A DNA stretch of 64,000 bases from Desulfobacterales bacterium (lineage in GTDB: Bacteria; Desulfobacterota; Desulfobacteria; Desulfobacterales; UBA2174). Under the pieces are notes generated by a model that was not told where the DNA came from, did not search any database, and saw only the letters and a list, made by a program, of their open reading frames with translations. Location of the stretch: assembly GCA_963668645.2 (NCBI GenBank), contig CAXXWC010000021.1:928001-992000 (forward strand), in the 5' to 3' direction. The position numbers and the translations under genes were made by a program. Each line of letters opens with the position of its first letter. The first letter of the stretch is position 1. Shown in pieces: positions 57,653 to 64,000 of the stretch.

Positions 57653-59323
57653 GTGTCCATCCGCGGCCGTAACTATCCGGCCGGCATAAAAAAAGCGCAT
57701 TTTGTGCTGGAGTTTCGAGGCTGAGTGTAGTATAAACGATGTCGCCAAACAACCGTAAATACTAACAAAGCCGAGAAAAGGACCAACACAAAATGCGCGA
57801 AAAATGGCAACGCCAAATGCCCCTGATGCCCGAGATCGCCAGCCACATCCAAGCCCAAGAGCTCGAAGCCATCTCCGGCATCCTGGACAGCAAACCTATC
57901 ATCACCGAGTTCGTGCTGCAAGATCTTTGCAAGCGGCGCCGTGTTGTCAGCCGTGCCGGGGCAAAAGGCATGAGCGCCGAGCAGGTGCTGCGAGCGGCCG
58001 TGGTGATGAGGCTCCACGAGTTGACCTACCAGGACCTGGCTTTTCATCTGGTCGACAGCCAGAGTATCCGGCGTTTTTGCCGTATCGGCATTGCCGACAA
58101 GGGGTTCAAAAAGTCGGTGCTCAACAAAAACATCAAGGCCCTGTCGGATCAGACCTGGGAGGCGATCAACCTTGAAGTGCTCGGTTATGCCAAACAAAAC
58201 AAGATCGAAAAAGGCCGTGTGGCACGTATCGATTGTACGGTTGTCGAAAGCAATATCCACGCGCCCAGTGATTCGAGCCTGCTGTATGATTGTGTCCGGG
58301 TGCTGAGCCGGTTGCAGCAAAGGGTCCGGGATCTTGGCCTGGGCCGATTTGGATACCACGATCACCGCCGGGTGGCCAAACGGCGCATGGTCAAAATTCA
58401 GTACGCCCGCAGCAAAAATGAACGTCGTGGGGCCTATGTCGATCTTCTCAAGTACACGGCAAAGTCGTTGGCTTCGGCCCGGCGCGCTATCGAACGGCTC
58501 AAGACGGTCGGTGCTGACAACCTGACCGCGCTGGGCCTGTTTTTTGAATTGGAACGCTACGTTGCACTGACTGAAAAGGTCATCGCGCAGACCCAGCGCC
58601 GCGTCATCAAAGGAGAGAAGGTTCCGGCCTCGGAAAAGCTCGTGTCGATTTTCGAGGAGCATACCGACATCATCGTCAAGGACCGGCGCGACACATTTTT
58701 CGGTCACAAGATATGTCTGACCGGAGGCCGTTCGAACCTGATTCTCGATTGTCAGATCGTGGAAGGCAACCCGGCCGATGTGACCTTGACCCAGACGATG
58801 CTCGATCGGCAAGAAAAGATTTACGGGCGCTGCCCGCTCAAAGTTGCACTGGACGGAGGGTTTGCTTCCAAGGCGAATTTGAAGGCCGCCAAGGACAAGG
58901 GAATCAAAGACGTCTGTTTTGCCAAAAAGCGCGGCCTGGACCCGGAGAAGATGTGCCGCAGCCCGTATGTGTACAGGCGCCTTCGTCGCTTCCGGGCCGG
59001 CATCGAGGCGGGCATATCCTGGCTCAAGCGCAGCCTGGGGCTGGATCGGTGCACTTGGAAAGGATGGCGATCGTTCCAGAGTTATGTTTGGGCGTCGATC
59101 GTTTCGGCCAACCTGCTTACGATTGCCCGCAAACAGTTGGCCTGACGGTACGGCACCCGTTCGACACGTAAAGCCAACAGGTGAGGTGTTCCCGGATTTT
59201 AGGGTGAATAGTAACATTTACTGTTAAGGGCTTGTTTTTTGCTAAATTCTTTCGAGATTATTCGCCTGCCGCCTCTTTGCAGGGTCCTCGGGCGGCTGAT
59301 TTTGGCGATTTATGGACGGAAAC
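57653..59323 (+). mobile_element. ISNCY-family IS, copy 2, 1671 bp
   Basis: Near-identical inverted copy of 41812-43481; 6-bp TSD TAGCTT at 57647-57652 and 59324-59329. Confidence 0.92.
57793..59145 (+). CDS. DDE transposase
   Basis: 450 aa; differs from copy 1 by I/T in DRC(I/T)W. Confidence 0.93.
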   Translation: MREKWQRQMPLMPEIASHIQAQELEAISGILDSKPIITEFVLQDLCKRRRVVSRAGAKGMSAEQVLRAAVVMRLHELTYQDLAFHLVDSQSIRRFCRIGIADKGFKKSVLNKNIKALSDQTWEAINLEVLGYAKQNKIEKGRVARIDCTVVESNIHAPSDSSLLYDCVRVLSRLQQRVRDLGLGRFGYHDHRRVAKRRMVKIQYARSKNERRGAYVDLLKYTAKSLASARRAIERLKTVGADNLTALGLFFELERYVALTEKVIAQTQRRVIKGEKVPASEKLVSIFEEHTDIIVKDRRDTFFGHKICLTGGRSNLILDCQIVEGNPADVTLTQTMLDRQEKIYGRCPLKVALDGGFASKANLKAAKDKGIKDVCFAKKRGLDPEKMCRSPYVYRRLRRFRAGIEAGISWLKRSLGLDRCTWKGWRSFQSYVWASIVSANLLTIARKQLA

Positions 59324-59541
59324 TAGCTTTTAAATCCAAGACAGCCTCGGCCGTCTGAACGCCATCACCTTGCCATGGAAGCTTACATGGGGTAAAATTG
59401 CTCTACCTTTAATAGCGCGAATGCCCTTGAAATGTTTATAGCCATAAAATATTGAATATTAATCTCGGCATTACGCAAACTGTCCGGAACATATTGAAGC
59501 CTAGTAGTGGAATATTGCGCTGATTTCCAGGAGAATCTGAA

Positions 59542-62226
59542 ATGGGTATTTTTCACAGACATTCATCGGCATTGCGAAAGCAACTGTTCGTGTTGATTTT
59601 GATAATATTCATACCTATCTCAACCATCATACTTCTTTCCGAATACTACCATTATCGCCATAACATTGGAGACATTGACAAAAATGCCAAACACATGATC
59701 CGCCTCTTCAGTAAAGAGCAACTGAATATTATCAATCAAACCCGCCAGTTCCTCACTGTAATATCCAGTGTCCCTGCGATACAAAATTTACATCTTCCAG
59801 AATGCAATCGATTTTTGCATGAACTTCACAGAACTAACCGTCAATATTCGACTATCGTTGCGGCAGACAAAGACGGCCTTATAGATTGTTGTGCCATTCC
59901 GCTAAAACAGACCATTGACGTAAAAGATCGTAATTAGTTTCAGCGAATTAAAAAAAGTCGTGATTTTGTTATCGGTAACTTTATCATCAGTCGCTCCGCC
60001 CAAAAAGCTTCTATTCCTTTTGCATTTCCGATATTCAATTCCGAAAAAAAATTCATAGGTGCGGTAGGGGCGGCTTACGATCTGGAACACTACTCGACGA
60101 TCTTCGAAAAAATACTGCTCCCGATTGATTCAGTAATCTGTATCACGGATAGAAACGGTGTCTTACTTTACCAATCTATCTCAAGTAAAAAGTGTGTTGG
60201 AGCTAACATATTTGAATGCATGAATATATCCATTCCTCTATCAACAAAAGGACGTTTTGCTTGCAAGGATACGGAAGATATTGAACGCATATATTGGTTT
60301 GAAAGGCTTTCGATCGGAGAAAAAAACAACGAAATAATCATCCTGATTGGCATCCCAACACAAGAAATTTATTCAGAAATAAGCCGCACACTGATAACGA
60401 GCCTATCAACGATCGTCTTTCTTGCGTTACTATGCTTTTTTATGGCGTGGTTTTTCGGCAAAAAAGCTATTTTGGATCCTATCAATCATCTTGTCATCAG
60501 GATCCGGCGCATTCAGAAAGGAGATTTGAGCCCTTCAAGTGAAACAGTTACGCCACCCGGCGAGCTCAGAATGGTTGCCGAGGCCCTGAACGATATGTCA
60601 CGCAACCTTTCCCAGAAAGAAATGGAAAAAAATGAGGCCATAGCCGCTCTGAAAAACGAAATCACCGGACACAAAGAGACGGTAAAGGCATTGAGAGAGC
60701 GGGAAGAACACCTTCGAATCTTGTTCGAAGAGGCCGCCGATGCAGTATATGTCGCCAAGCCGGACGGATCTCTGGTGAAGGCTAACAAGCAAGCTTGCCG
60801 GGCATTGGGGTACACAGAAGGCGAAATTCTCAATCTGAACGTCATCGATATTGATGCAGATATCCCATCATCCGGAGCGCTGTTTGAGATCAGCCAACGC
60901 ATATCACAAGAAAATCCGATAACCATCGACACAATGCACCGTCGAAAGAATGGGACAACCCTTCCGGTTGAAATCACCATGTCTCTTTTGCAAACCCGCG
61001 AAGGACCTCAGGTGCTTGCCATAGCGCGCGACATCACCGAACGCCGGAAAGCCGAGGCTGAACGGGAGAATCTGCAAGCTCAACTGCAACAAGCTCAGAA
61101 GATGGAATACATCGGCCGCTTGGCCGGCGGCATTGCTCATGATTACAACAATGTTATCGGCATCATCATCGGTTTCTCGGAGTTGGCTCTGGACAAAGTC
61201 GGCCCGCAAGATCCGCTGCGCAACGATCTGAAAGAAATATATGCCGCCGCCGAGCGCTCCAAGGGCATTACCCGGCAATTGCTGGCCTTCGCCCGCAAGG
61301 ATATCATCGAACCTAAAGTGATCGATCCCAACTCCGGCGTTGAAAGTATGCTGACAATTCTCCGGCGCCTGATCGGAGAAGACATCGATCTGGTATGGGA
61401 TCCAGGGAAAAACGTTTGGCCGATCTTGATGGATCCGTCCCAATTCAGCCAGATTATAGCCAACCTGTGCATCAATGCCCGAGACGCGATTATCGACGTG
61501 GGCAAGATCATCATCGAAACGGCCAATGTTACCCTCGACCCGGCCGGTTGTGCCGTGCATGCGGAACATTCTCCCGGCGAGTTTGTACGGCTATCCGTAA
61601 ACGACGACGGTTGCGGTATCGATCCGGCAATACTGGACAAAATATTCGAGCCGTTCTTCACCACTAAGGAGGTCGGCCGCGGTACTGGCCTGGGACTCGC
61701 TACAGCTTACGGAATTGTTCAGCAAAACAACGGCTTCATCAAGGTCCACAGCGAACCGGGAAAAGGCGCCACCTTCCAGATTTACATCCCCAAACACGGG
61801 GAGGATATAACTGAAAAACACCGGCAGCATTTCAAAGCCCCCCCGCAAGGCAAAGGCGAGACAGTGCTGGTGGTTGAGGATGAAACCTCCATTTTAAAGC
61901 TTGCCAAACAGATCCTGAGCAAATACCATTACCAAGTTTTGGCGGCCAATAGCCCTTTTGAAGCCCTGGAATTGGCCAAGGCGTATGCCGGTCATATCGC
62001 CCTTCTGATCACCGATGTGGTGATGCCGAAAATGAACGGCCATGAACTTGCGCAACAGTTGAAATCCTTCCACCCGGATATGAAATGCATGTATATGTCA
62101 GGATATACCACTGACCTCATTGCTCATCGGGGCGTATTGGACGAGGGAGTCCAATTCATCCAGAAACCGTTCACACCCTATGATTTTGTCATCAAAATCC
62201 GTAGCGTATTGGATCAGAGTATCTAA
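59542..62226 (+). pseudogene. Cache-HAMP-PAS hybrid histidine kinase interrupted by an in-frame TAG at 59935-59937
   Basis: ORF 59542-59937 and ORF 60220-62226 share a frame; readthrough gives DVKDRN*FQRIKKSRDFVIG...; AHDYNN, NARDA, GTGLGL, C-terminal REC. Confidence 0.8.
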
Positions 62227-62291
62227 ACGAGCCGTTCAGTTCCCCTACAGGAAATCATTCGATTGCTGAAATCTAAACAGGGAGTATTGCC

Positions 62292-63014
62292 ATGTATTCT
62301 GACTTTGAAACCATCTCCAATTATTACGACGCCTTGTATGTGAACGACAGGGAATACGCACCGGAAGCCGCCAGGGTAAAAGAACTGCTCACCCGCCATG
62401 GCCTTGCGCCGCAAGCTGATCTGCTTATCCTGGCCTGCGGCACGGGAGGACATGTTCCCTACTTCAAGGACGATTACAGTGTTTCCGGGCTGGATCTCAG
62501 CGAGGACATGCTTGCGCTGGCCAGGAAAAAATTTCCCCAGATCCCCTTTTATCCCGGCAACCTGATTAACTTTAAATTAGGGACGAATTTTGACGCCATG
62601 ATCTGCCTTTACGGGTCCATCGGGTTCGTCAAAACAGTGGAAAACCTGCGCGCCGCCATGAACACCATCGCCGCCCACCTGCGGCCCGATGGATTGGCGC
62701 TGATCACCCCCTGGAGTACGATCGAGGATTTTCAGGATCTTATGGTGGTCGATGCCGTCGACCGGCCGGATTTGAAAATCGCCCGCCTGGAACAGGTTCG
62801 CCTCAAAGAACCCAAAATTGTGGAAGTCACCTTCCACCACCTTCTCGGAAAAAACGATGAAGTAACCTACCATAAACAATCTATGGAAATCGGCCTTTTT
62901 TCGAGGGAAGAGTACCTATCGGCCATCGCCGGCGCAGGATTGAAAGTCGTGGAGGAATACCGGGAGGCAGATATTCGCGGTAGTGCGTATATCGGCAAAC
63001 GCGTCGCAGGGTAG
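62292..63014 (+). CDS. Class I SAM-dependent methyltransferase (resembles TylM1/DesVI-type N-methyltransferases)
   Basis: ACGTGGH, GLDLSEDML, FDAMICLYGSIG, HLRPDG...PW. Confidence 0.85.
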   Translation: MYSDFETISNYYDALYVNDREYAPEAARVKELLTRHGLAPQADLLILACGTGGHVPYFKDDYSVSGLDLSEDMLALARKKFPQIPFYPGNLINFKLGTNFDAMICLYGSIGFVKTVENLRAAMNTIAAHLRPDGLALITPWSTIEDFQDLMVVDAVDRPDLKIARLEQVRLKEPKIVEVTFHHLLGKNDEVTYHKQSMEIGLFSREEYLSAIAGAGLKVVEEYREADIRGSAYIGKRVAG

Positions 63015-63125
63015 ATGCAATCCGACAGCCTTCGCCGTTTTCGCTGCTTTCATAGCGCGCCGCCACTTCCAGTTCATCGGTAAAGCCGCAGGAAAGCTGC
63101 GCGAAAGGGTCGGTAATGAGCGCCT

Positions 63126-63902
63126 CTATTTTTCGTTCCACTTTTCAAAATGGACCCAGAGAACGGCGCCCAGTTCAACGTCCTTGTCCGCCCCATCGTG
63201 CTTGATTTTGAAATCGGCGCCGTTCAACGCGGCAAAGCCCCACCATCCCTCCTTGGGTGCACAGTAGGTAAACACGCCGTTACCGTCGGCCTTGATCGTT
63301 TGAGTGACCATGTAGTCGCTGGGGGCCTGGACCCTGCCATCGCTGTTGTTGTATTCGACTTCCACCTCGGCATAGGCAACCGGCTTGCCCTCAAGCTTGA
63401 CGATCCCCTGAAAGACGTTGCCGGCGTAGAGCCCGAACGGTTTCGACAGCGGTACGATTTCGGTTTTCAGCCCCACCTCGGCATCCCAGCCCTCATCGTC
63501 CCCAAAAGCCGCCACCACGGTCTTGGTGTAGTGAATGATGAAACAGTCCTCGGCCGATTCCCAGTAGGGGGCAGGCTCCATGACGAAAATATAGGCCCCG
63601 GGACGCTGAATCTTGAAATCGAGACGATAGGCAGGATGCCCCATAACCTCGACGGGTTTCAGGGCGGACAGAAGATCCTGGGTACGGCCGGCGGCAGTGA
63701 CCGTTACGGCCTTGGGCTTGACCAGGTCCATGCCGACCCGCTCAAACGGGTGGGAAAAAGACAAAGTCAGGGCAACGGTGCGCGCTTCGTCCGGCATGAC
63801 CATGGCATCGCTGGGAATCATCATGCCGAAATGGGCTGCCGCCGGTCCGGCCAAACCGAGGATCACTCCGGCGCAAATCACCATCCGTAAGAATCGTTTC
63901 AT
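63126..63902 (-). CDS. DUF4198 periplasmic protein (Ni/Co uptake associated)
   Basis: Signal peptide then AHFGMMIPS, FSHPFE, EIVPLSKPFGLYAGNVFQG, GWWGFAAL. Confidence 0.85.
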   Translation of the reverse strand: MKRFLRMVICAGVILGLAGPAAAHFGMMIPSDAMVMPDEARTVALTLSFSHPFERVGMDLVKPKAVTVTAAGRTQDLLSALKPVEVMGHPAYRLDFKIQRPGAYIFVMEPAPYWESAEDCFIIHYTKTVVAAFGDDEGWDAEVGLKTEIVPLSKPFGLYAGNVFQGIVKLEGKPVAYAEVEVEYNNSDGRVQAPSDYMVTQTIKADGNGVFTYCAPKEGWWGFAALNGADFKIKHDGADKDVELGAVLWVHFEKWNEK

Positions 63903-64000
63903 CTTTTGCCTCCTTGGGGCAGCGGCTGTAAAAAGATACCGATCCGGAGCGCATCTTCGTGATGTGCGATTACCCGCGGCAGCATGCGGCCATGGTTTTG

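Overview
GC-rich bacterial chromosome segment; the gene content (Geobacter-type pilin, tRNA-Sec, several hydrogenases) suggests an anaerobic Desulfobacterota, which is an inference. Left to right: (1) a ~20 kb hydrogen-metabolism cluster with an Mbh-type Mrp-linked group 4 [NiFe]-hydrogenase operon (minus strand, running off the left edge), a divergent trimeric [FeFe]-hydrogenase whose NuoF-like subunit is fused to a GltD-like domain, and a phosphorelay containing a group C [FeFe]-hydrogenase-histidine kinase; both operons have sigma54-type promoters. (2) Housekeeping redox genes. (3) A 9.8 kb phage-satellite-like element integrated in tRNA-Ala(CGC) between 70-bp direct repeats. It encodes an integrase, a xis-like HTH, an iteron-containing initiator, a SpoVG-like protein with an SSB-type tail, a P27 TerS, a protease-capsid fusion and a tiny uncalled ORF, but no TerL, portal or tail. 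(4) A type IV pilin locus (pilR, pilA) with two TMTC-like GT-C/TPR proteins and a DPM1-like GT2. (5) pyrBC, lepB, pgpA, larC, selC, tRNA-Arg, tadA, purA, tRNA-Pro. (6) A signal-peptide-bearing tandem tetrapyrrole methylase behind a divergent cobalamin riboswitch, a hybrid kinase interrupted by an amber codon, a methyltransferase and a DUF4198 protein. Two near-identical ISNCY copies with 6-bp TSDs and an IS66 remnant are present. All family assignments come from motif recognition by eye; no searches were run.
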